Shown here: in pieces, positions 51,741-62,703 of the stretch
How positions within the stretch are numbered: the first letter of the stretch is position 1
Layout of the letters: the number at the start of each line of letters is the position of its first letter
Source of the DNA: an uncultured Methanomassiliicoccales archaeon
Lineage (GTDB): Archaea; Thermoplasmatota; Thermoplasmata; Methanomassiliicoccales; UBA472
Length of the DNA: 64,000 nt
Direction of reading: 5' to 3'
Assembly: GCA_963695345.1 (NCBI GenBank)
Contig: OY968769.1
Coordinates: forward strand, 32,001 to 96,000
Program-made: the position numbers and the translations under genes
The notes under the pieces: generated by a model
Told to the model about the DNA's origin: nothing
The model's input: the letters and a program-made list of their open reading frames with translations, nothing else
Database searches by the model: none

Positions 51741-52895
51741 TCAGGCCTCCGGATGACGGACCTGCTCCTTGCTCTCTTCCTTTTGGATGGCCTCTTTCAG
51801 CGTGGTCTTCAGGTTGGTGTTGATCAGCCCGCTGAAACCCATCAGGAGGAAACCAGACAGTATCTCCAGGAAGATGACGTTCTGATTGAGCTTGGAATAT
51901 CCCAGGAAGAACAGGGAGGCATCCAGCGAACCCTGCACTATGAAGCTGATGGCGAAGACGGTGACCGATATCACCAGATAGGCCCAGTATACCTTGCCGG
52001 TGGAGGCGTAATGGCTCACGAACCGCCCGGTCTCGAAGGAGAAGATCGCGAACGCCCACATCCACAGGGTGGCGTTGATGAACAGGAGCACCTTCTGGAC
52101 GATGTCGATGTCCGGGTTGGCGTTGGCCGCCTCGACACCGAAGAACACGCCTATGAAGATGCAGGAGATGGTCAGTATGGCGAACGGGATCATCAGACTA
52201 CCGGAACGGATGGCACGACCGGTGCTGGTATACCAGGATGCAATCCTATCCGCCACCTTGTAGGCGTAGAAGATCAGATAGACGCCCAGGACCAGGGCGA
52301 TGGAGCCGAATGCCATGTCCGATATGAGGCTGATCATGGTGGGGTCCATGTAAAGCTCCACCAGTTTCGGCAACAACGCGAAAATGCCCAGGACGGTCAG
52401 CACCAGTCCGATCGGCGTCAGGACGCGCTTGCGCACCTTGTCGTCCTGCATCATCTTGAGCAGGATGTAATAGGTACCTTCGACCGTGGGCGCCTGTTTC
52501 ACCCAGACGCGGCGCACCGAATCGACCTTGACCCGGGAGAAGACCATCGGATAGATGAACTCGTCCTCCGCCCCGTCGCTGACCAGGACGACCCTCTCCG
52601 GCTTGATCATCTCCAGCACGTTCTCGAGCTGGGTCGCCAATGCCAGATCGGACTCGAAGCCCACCTTCGGGTCGCCGCATATGGTGGCGATCTCCACGTC
52701 CATGCCCTTCTTGGCCATGTCATCGTAGATGCTCAGGGCGGCCAGGACCGTGTTGACGTCGCAGTCCTCGGGGTCCTTCAGGCCCAGCGCGAGGGCTGCC
52801 TCAAGGTTCTCCGTCCTGCCGATGAACGGGCTGTTCATGCCCGCCTTGACGCCGAAATCGTCGTCCCTGTCCACGCTGAGGACCAGTATCTTCAT
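51741..52895 (-). CDS. DUF373 family archaeal membrane protein
   Basis: LVL.VDRDDD.G, DPED.D.N, VSDGAEDE, multiple TM helices. Confidence 0.9.
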   Translation of the reverse strand: MKILVLSVDRDDDFGVKAGMNSPFIGRTENLEAALALGLKDPEDCDVNTVLAALSIYDDMAKKGMDVEIATICGDPKVGFESDLALATQLENVLEMIKPERVVLVSDGAEDEFIYPMVFSRVKVDSVRRVWVKQAPTVEGTYYILLKMMQDDKVRKRVLTPIGLVLTVLGIFALLPKLVELYMDPTMISLISDMAFGSIALVLGVYLIFYAYKVADRIASWYTSTGRAIRSGSLMIPFAILTISCIFIGVFFGVEAANANPDIDIVQKVLLFINATLWMWAFAIFSFETGRFVSHYASTGKVYWAYLVISVTVFAISFIVQGSLDASLFFLGYSKLNQNVIFLEILSGFLLMGFSGLINTNLKTTLKEAIQKEESKEQVRHPEA

Positions 52896-53069
52896 CTATC
52901 CGCTCCATCCAAGTTTTCGCTATATGAAGGTTTTGCTGAGCGTTCGCATCCTGTATGAACGAAGATGGCCAGTCTCCCCGAAATCGAAGGCACAAATGAT
53001 ATGTCTGGATTATCAAAGGATGGAATATGATGCAAAAACAATATAACAGGGAAAGGAATGTAACGACAA

Positions 53070-54065
53070 ATGGACAGGAAGGCCGGATATAAGGAATGCC
53101 CACGCTGCGGTCTTAGGAACAAGCCGTCGGCACTTCAATGCGATTTCTGTGGACTCAGATTCATCGCAGGAGAGGACTGGGATGACAATATCCAGGCACT
53201 GGAAAAGATGGGTGACAATGACGAGAAGGTCCTGGTGGACGAGGACGTGTCCAAGCGTATCGAGGCCACCATAGTCAAGCGGGACAAGTTCGAAACACCC
53301 GTCAAGACCAAGGACAGAGAGCCTGAAAGGCAGAATAGCGTTTATTATGGCAACGTCAAGGAAACGGCAGCGAGCGCTGCCCCTGCCGTTGTTCCACCTG
53401 CACCATCGATAGCGGTCTCCCGGGGAACCGTCATACAGAAGCCTGCGGAGAGCCGCCCGGTGGAGCGCGTCCCAGAGCCGGTCAAGGCAGATCCAGTACC
53501 GGAAAGGATCGTGATTGCGGATCAGCCGATGATGACGGCGCCCGCGCCCGAGCCGAAGATAGAACTTAAGGCATCACCAGTTCCGGAACTTGTTCCCGAC
53601 CCGTCGTCGAAACAGAGACCGACCCATGATCTGGAACCGGTTGCGGAACCGAAGCCTGAAAAGAAGTCGGTACTGAAGCCGTCGAAGGAGAGAAAGGTGG
53701 TAAGGCGGGTGGTGAGGACCAGGCCCCAAGTGCTCACGCCGGTGAAGAGCACTGTCAACAGGACCGCATTGACCGCAGTCCTGGCCCTCGGTGTCATATC
53801 ATACCTGGCAGCCCTCATGTTCGGCGATAGCAGCCTGGGAAGGCCAGGAGGCTGGGCGATGGTCACGGTATCGTCGATGATTGTAGTGGTCGGGGTCGCC
53901 GGGCTCTTCATTCCCGGCCCGGACAGCAAGACCGTCCCGGTTGACGTCCAGAAGCCTGAGGCCAGACCTAACCGGGAAGTCCTCATCTGCCCGAAATGCC
54001 ACGAACTGGTCAAGGAGAGCGACAGGGCCTGCCCGGATTGCGGGGCAGAGTTCCGGGGCGAGTGA
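53070..54065 (+). CDS. Membrane protein with terminal zinc ribbons and a Pro/Glu-rich linker
   Basis: CPRCG..CDFCG at the N-terminus, CPKC..CPDCG at the C-terminus, 2 TM helices. Confidence 0.75.
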   Translation: MDRKAGYKECPRCGLRNKPSALQCDFCGLRFIAGEDWDDNIQALEKMGDNDEKVLVDEDVSKRIEATIVKRDKFETPVKTKDREPERQNSVYYGNVKETAASAAPAVVPPAPSIAVSRGTVIQKPAESRPVERVPEPVKADPVPERIVIADQPMMTAPAPEPKIELKASPVPELVPDPSSKQRPTHDLEPVAEPKPEKKSVLKPSKERKVVRRVVRTRPQVLTPVKSTVNRTALTAVLALGVISYLAALMFGDSSLGRPGGWAMVTVSSMIVVVGVAGLFIPGPDSKTVPVDVQKPEARPNREVLICPKCHELVKESDRACPDCGAEFRGE

Positions 54066-54072
54066 CGGTGCT

Positions 54073-54708
54073 ATGAGGGTCACCTGGCACGGCCATTCCT
54101 GTTTTGAGGTGAGAAATGGAGTGACGGTCGTCACCGACCCTCACGACGGCAAGTCCATCGGGGTCAAGCCGCCGGTCGTCAAGGCGGACGTCGTTCTCAT
54201 CAGCCACGAACATTTCGATCACAACTGCGCCCGCATCGTGCGGGGCGATTTCAAATGCGTCAGGGAATCCGGCCAGCGGACCGAGCGGGGTGTGGACATT
54301 TTAGGAGTTCCCGCCTTCCATGACGACTGCGGCGGAGCCAAACGCGGCAAGATCAACATCTACCGGTTCACCTTGAACGGCGTGGTGTTCTGCCACCTGG
54401 GAGACCTGGGCCACATGCTGGACCCGGAGACGGTGGCGGCGCTCCAGCCGGTGGACGTCCTTTTCCTACCGGTGGGCGGGGTCTTCACCATCGACGGTAA
54501 GCAGGCCCGCGAGCTGATCGGGATACTAAAGCCCAAGGTGGCGATCCCGATGCACTTCCGCATCGGTGGTCTATCGATGTCCATTCACACCATCGATGAT
54601 TTCCTCGAGGGGCTGCCGGAGGACAAGGTCGTCCGGGTCGGGAACGAGATCGAGTTCATGCCCGACGAACTGCCCAACGCGACCGCATATTGGATCTTCT
54701 CGCCCTAG
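54073..54708 (+). CDS. MBL-fold metallo-hydrolase
   Basis: GHSCF, SHEHFDH, HLGD, PMH. Confidence 0.9.
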   Translation: MRVTWHGHSCFEVRNGVTVVTDPHDGKSIGVKPPVVKADVVLISHEHFDHNCARIVRGDFKCVRESGQRTERGVDILGVPAFHDDCGGAKRGKINIYRFTLNGVVFCHLGDLGHMLDPETVAALQPVDVLFLPVGGVFTIDGKQARELIGILKPKVAIPMHFRIGGLSMSIHTIDDFLEGLPEDKVVRVGNEIEFMPDELPNATAYWIFSP

Positions 54709-54764
54709 GGCGGCAGAGCATCATTTCTAGAATAGTATCGGAAAAAAAGGAATGGCCGGGACGA

Positions 54765-55428
54765 TCAATAGATGCCCAGCGCGTCCTCGACACGGCCCAG
54801 TTCGATCGGCGTGCTCCTGAATCCGACCGCGCCCCCTTTCGAGTTCGCGACGATGCAGGCGCCCACCATTCCCGAACCGTAGTTCAGGGTGCCGATGGCC
54901 GGCTTGACCTTGAGGACCGAGCTGCAGCACCTCGAACTCCGCCTTGGTGGATTCGGGGTGGCACAGCATGCCCTTGTTGGTCGCGCAGCACATCGAACCG
55001 ACGATGTTCTGCCCGGCGATGGTGCCGGGAACGACCTCCACCTGGAGTGTCTCCGCGATGGCGCGAGTACAGCGCCGGGTCGATCTCCGGGTTGATCAGC
55101 GCGCCCTTGTCGTTGGCCAGGATGTTGTTGCCGGCGGCGTTGTAGCGGTCGTCCAGCCTGTAGACGGTCAGGTGCTTCGAGAGATTCTCGATCTCGACTT
55201 CGGAGGCCATCGACGCCACCATCGGCACCGTACGAGTTCATCGCTACCAGCGCACCGATCAGGTTGGTGTTGGCTATCGTTCGTCTTGATGCATTTGACC
55301 TGGAGCGCCGTCTCCATGTCGTTGACCAGGGTGTCGGACGAGTCGACCGGTATTAAAGAAATGTTCTCGTTGGCGCAGGAAAATACGCCAACGTATTGGT
55401 TTCCGTTATAGCTCGACAGGTTTAACAT
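54765..55428 (-). CDS. eif6: Translation initiation factor aIF6 (several frameshifts)
   Basis: Fragments across frames: GNQYVGVF, AAGNNILAND.GALINP, GTIAG..VGS, TNKGMLCHP, GTLNYG..VG..ANSKG, STPIEL. Confidence 0.88.
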
Positions 55429-55441
55429 GAATTTCCGAGCT

Positions 55442-55714
55442 TCACTGTTCCGGGAGAGAGACCTCTACCAGCCCATCCTCGAACTTTACCGCCTTGACGA
55501 TGATCTTCGACGGTGGTTTTTGGATGCTCCGGCTCCAGATCGCTTCGTTGACCTTTGTGTCGATCCAGACGTTGCTCTCATCGGTCTTCATGTGCCTCAT
55601 TATGTATGTCCTGATCTCAATGATGGCACGGTTCGCCCTCTGTGTGTAGGGAACGATCTTCATCTTCCTCAACGGGATGGTGAAGACAACCTCTTTCTCG
55701 CTTGCTTCTGCCAT
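55442..55714 (-). CDS. rpl31e: 50S ribosomal protein L31e
   Basis: TIPLR, RA.RA, RHMK, NEAIW.RSI..PP. Confidence 0.95.
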   Translation of the reverse strand: MAEASEKEVVFTIPLRKMKIVPYTQRANRAIIEIRTYIMRHMKTDESNVWIDTKVNEAIWSRSIQKPPSKIIVKAVKFEDGLVEVSLPEQ

Positions 55715-55721
55715 GTTGTCC

Positions 55722-55877
55722 CTACTCCTTTATCTTGCTGTATCTCCAAGACCTGCGCTTCGGGTGCCGGAGGAAAGTCCTGTTCGTTCGAAGCATGACC
55801 CAGGCAGGAACCCTCCTGTTCTGGTTCACCTTCTTCATGAGCCTAATCTTCATTGCGCACGGTTTACTGTGTGACAT
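55722..55877 (-). CDS. rpl39e: 50S ribosomal protein L39e
   Basis: Manual translation: [51 protein letters not shown] (below the ORF-track length cutoff). Confidence 0.95.
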   Translation of the reverse strand: MSHSKPCAMKIRLMKKVNQNRRVPAWVMLRTNRTFLRHPKRRSWRYSKIKE

Positions 55878-55878
55878 T

Positions 55879-56217
55879 TCAAACCCTCTCAATAGTGATA
55901 TCCCTTTTTTGGGGGGCTACCTTTCTCAGTATCGATTTTAGAGTCGGTTCATCGATCTGGCGGCTTATCTGACCCGCCTGGACCAAACGTATCAGCTGGT
56001 CCTCGACCGCGCGGGCGACGTCAGGGTAGGCCATCTTTACCGTTGCGAGCCTGTCCCTGGCCTCGGGTGTTAGGATCTGCCGCATGATCGCCGCCTTCTG
56101 ATCGTCGATCTGCTTCTGCTGGTCCTGCACCGCCGCCTGCTGGTCACGCTGCCTCTGCAACTCTGCCATCTTCCGCCGGCGTAGCTCCTCGAGTTCAGCG
56201 TCTTCCATCGATGTCAC
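55879..56217 (-). CDS. PDCD5-like DNA-binding protein
   Basis: [23 protein letters not shown]; conserved position in this operon. Confidence 0.92.
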   Translation of the reverse strand: MTSMEDAELEELRRRKMAELQRQRDQQAAVQDQQKQIDDQKAAIMRQILTPEARDRLATVKMAYPDVARAVEDQLIRLVQAGQISRQIDEPTLKSILRKVAPQKRDITIERV

Positions 56218-56220
56218 CCC

Positions 56221-56649
56221 TCACTGCTTGATACTGTCAGCCACTTCCTTGGCCACGCTGTCCAGCAGCGCTTGTCCCTTCGCAGACACGACCCTTCCGT
56301 TGTTCTTGTCCTTCTGGATAAGACCGGAGGATTCCAGCTGCATCAGGCATTTTCGTGCAATAGACCTGCTACCCTTCACTGCATGGTTTGGTCGGGAGCC
56401 ACGGTCAGCAAACCCGCCGTACTCGGCGGATAATCTTGAAGTCCCGATCGGTCCCTTAATGTAGACCTTTCTTAGGACGGATGCTGCTCTAGTGTACCAC
56501 CAATCAACTTGCAAGGGCGCCTTTTCAGTATGCCTTCCGGTCTTAACGAAGTCAGCCCACTCAGGAGGCGCGATCGTGTTGATCTCCTTGAGCTTGATTG
56601 CTGTCTTCTCGATCAGCTTGTCGGAAGGTACGTCATATACCGTTACCAT
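56221..56649 (-). CDS. rps19e: 30S ribosomal protein S19e
   Basis: PPEWA.FVKTG.H.E, WWY.RAAS.LRK. Confidence 0.96.
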   Translation of the reverse strand: MVTVYDVPSDKLIEKTAIKLKEINTIAPPEWADFVKTGRHTEKAPLQVDWWYTRAASVLRKVYIKGPIGTSRLSAEYGGFADRGSRPNHAVKGSRSIARKCLMQLESSGLIQKDKNNGRVVSAKGQALLDSVAKEVADSIKQ

Positions 56650-56809
56650 TTTTTCTACCTTCTTTGGCGAGCGTTGGCTCGATGGCCTAGACTGCGCCGG
56701 ACGCCACTAATAAGATGAACATATAAATAGTCTTTCCCGCCCGCTGGACGTATGGCCAACGTCCGCCCCCCGCATAGGATAAAATACGGTTTACTCCCTT
56801 TGGAGCACC

Positions 56810-57352
56810 GTGAGATACGTCATTGCCGTGACCGGGGCGTCGGGCATCGCCTATGGGCTCAGGCTACTTGAATGCATCGAGGGAGAGAAGGTACTGGTGC
56901 TCTCCGAGATGGGCAAGCGGGTGCTGGTCGAGGAGACCGGCCAGAAGATCTATGACGTGGAGCGCAAGGCCACGGTGGTCTACGGCGATGAGGACCTGTT
57001 CGCCCCCATTGCGTCCGGTAGTTACAAGCATGACGGGATGATAATCTGCCCCTGTTCGGAATCGACCATGGGCAAGATCGCCTCGGGGATCGCCGATACG
57101 TTGATCACAAGGGCGGCGGCGGTCGCCATGAAGGAAGGCCGGAAGCTGATCATCGTGCCCCGCGAAACACCGCTGAGCACCATCATGATCGAGAACGAGC
57201 TCAAACTGGCGAGAGCGGGGGCGATCATCCTGCCGGCGTCGCCTGGATTCTACAGCAAGCCGACCACCGTCGCCGAGATGGTCGATTTCGTCGTCGGCAA
57301 GATTCTGGACCAGCTGGGGCAGAAGAACGAACTGTTCCACCGTTGGGGATGA
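56810..57352 (+). CDS. ubiX: Flavin prenyltransferase
   Basis: TGASG, APIASGS, PCS..T, VPRETP, PASPGFY. Confidence 0.93.
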   Translation: MRYVIAVTGASGIAYGLRLLECIEGEKVLVLSEMGKRVLVEETGQKIYDVERKATVVYGDEDLFAPIASGSYKHDGMIICPCSESTMGKIASGIADTLITRAAAVAMKEGRKLIIVPRETPLSTIMIENELKLARAGAIILPASPGFYSKPTTVAEMVDFVVGKILDQLGQKNELFHRWG

Positions 57353-57446
57353 AGGGCGAGTCGCCGTCCGAAGACATAGCATCCGTTCCCGGCAATCAAT
57401 AGTCATGATAGGTCATACTCAGGTTCATGAGTGGCGGATAATTATC

Positions 57447-57985
57447 GTGGAGAGAGGCTCGTTGATCGGTCTGATGGGACCGATCCGAATGCGGTCAGAT
57501 TTGAGAGATGTATGCCAAGATAGTGCTCCGTCCTGATCATTCTGGATGTCGTCATTGCAGGATGTTATTTCCTGATCTATGCGATTCAATTGGCCGTTGA
57601 CTGCAAGTCTAACGCTGTTCATTTTCATTTTATCGACTGTCGGGGCCTATTTTGTTATAAGATCTAAGTGCAGCTGGATCGGGAAAATCCAGGCTTTCGT
57701 TCTACACGAATGGTGATCTACTTCCATCCAGTTCATTGACTACAAGATTGGGTAGGAGGAACTTTCATCGAGAAGGAAGATGATCAAGCACATTAAATTG
57801 GAAGGCAAGACTGGAAAAGTAGTCAAGATCTTTCTTGAGCCTGGTCCTTGTTAATGGTCGGAGTCAATATATCGGCGCTCCGAGGGATGCCCGAAGATTA
57901 TCCGACAAGAGAGCGCTTTCAAGGGACCTGGCTTCGAGCTCTAGGAACGTTCCGGTATGTCTGAAGTCGGACGATAGAATGAATG
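57447..57985 (+). pseudogene. Multiply frameshifted paralogue of the 23877-24446 membrane protein
   Basis: Cross-frame fragments MERGSLI, two hydrophobic helices, YTNG, FIEKE, MIKHIKL, LVLVNGRSQYIG and NVPV mirror MDEKGSLI, 2 TM, YSNG, FIDKS, IESIEV, LKLKDGRKKPLG and NVPV. Confidence 0.55.
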
Positions 57986-58002
57986 AATTCTTCAATCGCC
58001 GC

Positions 58003-60887
58003 TCACTCGATGTAGATCGCCGGGCGTTTCGGCTGGGCGTGCCGGGCCTTGTTCATCGGGTCCTCCTTTCCGGCGTCGTCCGCCGAGAACACCGATACCT
58101 GGCATCCGAGCTCCGCTCCCAGGAAACCGACCACGCCGGACAGGTAGGCATACTCGTCTATCGCTGTCTCCAGCTTCTCGATCTCGATGCCGGTACGCTT
58201 CATCAGCTCCTCGGCCAGCTTGCGGGCGTAGTCCGGCGCCTCCTTCCCGTAACTGCTTGATCTCCTCGTCCGCCATCGCCGCCTTGGTCAGGGTCGGGAT
58301 CTTCAGCTCGCCCTTCTTGTGCAGCTCCACCGCCATCCGGTAGACCTTGAACTTCCAGGCGGGGGACGTGTAGAGTATGATGCGCTTGGGGCTGATCTTC
58401 GTCACCCTGATGATGTTGTTGGTATCGTCCATCACCTCGCGCAGATAGTCCTCGGCCAGCTCGGCCGCCAGGGCGGAATGGGCCGCTTCCGGTTTGGGGT
58501 ATGATTCGGAGGAGACCAGGTTCGTGTTGCCCAGCGCCGACCACAGTTCCTCGGCCATGTGCGGGGTGATCGGCGTCATCATCCTGATCCAGGTGTCCAG
58601 CGCCTGGCGGACCGCCCTGCCGTTGTTGCCGCCCCGCCGGGCGTACCAGCGGAAATCGTTGGGGGTCTCGAAATAGACCTCGTTGGACATGACCCGGAGG
58701 TCGAACTCGTCCATCGCCTCGGTGACCTTGGCGACGCGGGACGACATGCGCGAGAGGAGCCACTGGTCGATGCCCGACAGATCCCCGGACTCGGTGATGC
58801 CAGCGTTCTCGGTGACCGTCCTCGTGATGCGGTCCAGCCGGGAGACGTAGTTCTCCAGTGATCTCCTCGTCCCATTCGACGTCGGCGAACGGCGAGGCGA
58901 TGTGCGCATAGTACAGCCTCAGTGAATCGACGCCGTACTTCTCCGCGGCACCGGGAATGGGCTGCGCTCCGCCCTTGGACTTGGATATCTTGCCCGCCTT
59001 GCCGATGACGTACCAGTTGACGAAGATGCCCCTCGGCCACTTCTCCTTCGGCAGGATGGCCACGTGGTTCATCAGGAACGCCGGGAAGTGCACGGTCATG
59101 TGCTCCTTGCCGCCCAGGTTCAGGTCCAGCGGATACCAGTAGTCGACGTCGGCCCGGATGTGGTCCAGCAGCGAGGATGGGACGCCGGTCTCGTTGGCGA
59201 CGGACGCGCTCTCTCCTTTGCCCAGGATGACGTAGTCGAAGAACGCCTCGGTCATCTGCTCCGCCCTGATCTCGCCGGAGTTCACGTACTTGGATATCAG
59301 ATAGTATACCGGATAGAGCGTCGAATCGGATATCGCCTCGATGATCCACTTCTCGTCGAACGGGAACTTCGTGCCCAGCCAGTTGCCCTGACGGACGCAG
59401 GCCCGCTCCCGGAACCAGTCCAGCACCGGCTGCACGTTGGTGTAATAGTCGTTTGGAAGGATGTGCATCGACTTGCAGTGCTCCTTGGTCATGTCGGTGA
59501 ACTTCTGGTTGGCGTAGTCGATGAACCACTGGTCGGTCACCTTCTTGATCAGCACCGGCTGGCCGCAGCGGCAGACGACGTCCTCGGACAGGTCATAGAA
59601 CAGCGCCCCCTCGTTGGCGGACAGCATCTCCTGCTTCATCAGGTCCTTGGCCTGCACCACTGACATGCCGGAGAACTTGCCGCAGTTCTGGTTCATCCGG
59701 CCCTGGTGGAAGCCCTCCTTGTAGACGGTCTTCTTCGCCTCCTCCAGACGCGGATCGCCGGTCTGGGTGATGCCCAGCTTCTCGATGATCTCGATGGCGG
59801 GCATCGGCCCCCAGCCCTTGGTCTCGATGATGGCGATGGGCTTGATGCCCTTGACCATGGACGGCTCGAGCGCGTACTTCGCGATCATCTCGTCGTCCTC
59901 CTGGATGGTCTTCAGCGCCATCCAGTCGTCCGGCGCGTCGGACGGCACGGAAACCACCAGGCCGGTACCGACGTTCGGATCGCAGAACGTCGCCGGCAGC
60001 GCCGGTATCTCGCGGTGGGTCATCGGCGTAGTGCAGTTCATGCCGACGATCTCGGCGCCCGGTATCTTGCCGATGACCGTGACGTCGTCCATCTGGTACT
60101 TCATCTTCTCGGCGGCCGGGGCGCTCACCACCCAGATCTCGCCGGCATGCTTGACCTTGACGTACTCGACGTCCGGGTTCACCCAGAAGTTGGTCTGGCC
60201 GAATACGGTCTCCGGACGCAGCGTCGCGGCCACCAGGAACATGTCGCCGACGCGGAACTTCATCAGCGTGTACTCGGTGGTCTCGGCGCCCCCGCCGCAC
60301 ATGATGTCCGTTTCCGACGCGTCGATCGCCACCGGACCGCAGTTGACGCAGGCCGGGGCGAAGTACGGTTTCTGGATCAGCAGCCCCTGCTCCATGAGCT
60401 TGCGGAACTGCCACTGTATGAACTTGCCGTAGTCCGGGAAAATGGTGCAGGTGAACCTTCTCCAGTCGGACAGGAACCCGAACCTCTTCCAGTACTGGTT
60501 CACGTAGACGTCGTTGAAGAACTCCACCACCTTCCGGGGTTCGGTGAGCGTCTCCAGCACATCCTCCGGGCAGCCGTTCCGGAGCATGTACTCGACCATG
60601 TTCTGGTCCTTCTTCCTTATCCGGGTGGCCAGGCCGACCGCCCCGTTGCCGGTGGCGTGCGTGCCGACCGGGAAGAGCACGTTGAAGCCCTGCATCCGCT
60701 TGAACCGGGAGAAGGCGTCGACGTAGGAAAAGCCGCGCATGTGTCCGACATGGAGGTAGCCAGTGACGCCCGGGTAGGCGAAAATGATCATGAACTTGGG
60801 GCGGGAATCCCTCTCCGACTCATTGATTCGTTCGGAGTACCATCTCTCTTGCCATTTTGCCTCGATCTCCGACGTCCGGTTGGTCAT
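58003..60887 (-). CDS. leuS: Leucine--tRNA ligase, archaeal type (frameshifts ~58858 and ~58250)
   Basis: HVGH (HIGH), TLRPET, KISKS (KMSKS), archaeal C-terminus KA..AQP.RPAIYIE. Confidence 0.95.
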
Positions 60888-61201
60888 CAGTGCACCCACA
60901 TCGTCATTGCGAGTGCGGGTTATCGGGGTTTGGTCTTAATAGGATTTTGGATGGGGGCGGACTGGGGAAGATGAGGATATATTGGATTCCTTTCAGAAAG
61001 CCCCACAGTAGCTACCAGCCGACAAATGAGGCGCAGCGACGGAACGTGTCCGCCCATCGACCGGTCAATCGAATGTCCCATTTCCATTAGACCCGTCATC
61101 GGACCATGTTCATTCATAGGGCAAAATAAATAATAGGCCCAATTGCATATAGGTAATGAAGCTCGCCGATCAGATTGTATGCTAGTCGGGTTGGAATCGG
61201 T

Positions 61202-61303
61202 ATGACATTGTCATCCGGATGCCTGGCTCGTAAAATTGGCATACTTAATGTGACTTTCTGAGACTTAGGGAGCTAGTATTTTATAATGGATAAGACAATG
61301 TCA
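61202..61303 (+). promoter_or_regulatory. Two GACAwTGTC palindromes flanking a TATA box
   Basis: ATGACATTGTCAT at 61202-61214; TTTATAA at ~61280-61286; GACAATGTC at 61294-61302. Confidence 0.55.
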
Positions 61304-61311
61304 TATTACTC

Positions 61312-61713
61312 GTGGCGACAATGAAGGCCAACACAAATGATGGGGAAAGAATAACTCTCAGGCTTGAGCCGGAGGACCTTACGCTCATCGATGAATATCT
61401 CGATGGGCACCCGGAGTTCTCGAGCCGGTCACATTTGGCAAGAATCGCCATCCGCTCAATGATCGTGGAGGACGATAGAGCGGAGGAGACGGTTGAAACG
61501 TCTCCAAAGAGGAACACGATCACGGTCGAGATCCCAACGGCCATCTTCGCGGTCATGGAGGACAGCATAAGACGGGGCGAATACACGTCCTTCCAGACCG
61601 TCATCGAAGAACTGGTCAGGGGAAGATTCCTGTCGAGGGAAGTGAGCACGGCGCTCAACGCCGAGGTGCAACAGCGCTCTGCGAAGACTCTCGACGTCAT
61701 GTGGACCGATTAA
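61312..61713 (+). CDS. Ribbon-helix-helix regulator with two RHH-like units (CdrS-like context)
   Basis: ERITLRL...L..ID....EFSSRS...R.AIR and ITVEIP...GEY.S; directly upstream of ftsZ. Confidence 0.8.
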   Translation: MATMKANTNDGERITLRLEPEDLTLIDEYLDGHPEFSSRSHLARIAIRSMIVEDDRAEETVETSPKRNTITVEIPTAIFAVMEDSIRRGEYTSFQTVIEELVRGRFLSREVSTALNAEVQQRSAKTLDVMWTD

Positions 61714-61828
61714 GGAAAAAGGTAGCACAAGGGTAGCTTGTGGAAGGGATGGGATGCACTACCTTGCAGAGCGAAAGCTCTGCAAGGAACAACCTGGATT
61801 AGGGGTTCAGGGTTCGGGATGGGGTATA

Positions 61829-62689
61829 ATGGAAACCGGGGCAATAGAGCAAACAGTCAGGACCGAGCAGCTCATGGAGGTGCTCGAGCGGGGCATGATG
61901 AACCCTAAGATCGGAGTCATCGGTCTAGGGGGAGCTGGGAACAACATCGTGAACAACATTTACGATGGCTGCAAGGGCAACGTCCAGATCATAGCGATCA
62001 ACACGGACGAGAAGGCCCTGCAAGGGATCAGGGCGCACAAGAAGCTGCTCATCGGCAAGGACGTCACCCAGGGGAAGGGGGCCAACGGGTTCCCGGAGGT
62101 GGGAGAGTACTGTGCCGAATGTGCAAAGGATGCGATCAAGGAGTCGATGAAGGACAGGGACGTAGTGTTCATCATCGCCGGAATGGGAGGCGGTACCGGC
62201 ACTGGCACCGCACCGGTAGTGGCCCGGATCGCAAAGGAGCTGCGCACCATTACCTTCGTCATAGCGATCAACCCGTTCTCGTTCGAGGGCGGGAGAAGGG
62301 AGAAGGCAAAGGAAGGGCTCATCAAGCTGAAGGGCGTCGCGGAGACCACGGTCATTGTGGACAATGACAAACTGCTGGCCATGGCGGAGAACATGCCGAT
62401 CGGAAAGGCATTCGCCATCATCGACAGGAATGTGGTGAAGATCATCGATTCCTTTTGCAGCCAAGTGAACAACCAGTTCGTCAGCCACCTGACCAAGGAG
62501 GTCAACGAGTGGATGGCCGGCAGGAACCAGGAGCCGGTAGCGGCACCGGCCCCGGCCAGGGCGAAACTGCCCGAGATCACGGTATCTCAAGCGGCCCACC
62601 CTCTCCGGGGCGGAGGCCAAGCTGGATGGCGTGGCCAACATGGAAATGAACAACAGAGACCCGATGATACAGTGATCGTCGAGGCCTGA
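61829..62689 (+). CDS. ftsZ: FtsZ-family GTPase, N-terminal domain only
   Basis: GGAGNN, INTD, GMGGGTGTG, PFSFEG, DNDKLL; no NxDxxD T7 loop or C-terminal domain; the tail may be frameshifted (alternative stop at 62675). Confidence 0.8.
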   Translation: METGAIEQTVRTEQLMEVLERGMMNPKIGVIGLGGAGNNIVNNIYDGCKGNVQIIAINTDEKALQGIRAHKKLLIGKDVTQGKGANGFPEVGEYCAECAKDAIKESMKDRDVVFIIAGMGGGTGTGTAPVVARIAKELRTITFVIAINPFSFEGGRREKAKEGLIKLKGVAETTVIVDNDKLLAMAENMPIGKAFAIIDRNVVKIIDSFCSQVNNQFVSHLTKEVNEWMAGRNQEPVAAPAPARAKLPEITVSQAAHPLRGGGQAGWRGQHGNEQQRPDDTVIVEA

Positions 62690-62703
62690 TGACCCCAACT
62701 ACC

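Noticed and set aside
57992-60899. Split (heterodimeric) LeuS or leuS pseudogene
   Set aside because: LeuS is essential, and the breaks are 1-2 nt indels in an error-rich part of the assembly.
6751-60974. Long antisense ORFs (e.g. 6751-8193, 26269-27702, 28135-29892, 40758-42557, 51369-52958, 59706-60974)
   Set aside because: These are typical shadow ORFs of high-GC3 genes; each overlaps a well-supported gene on the other strand.
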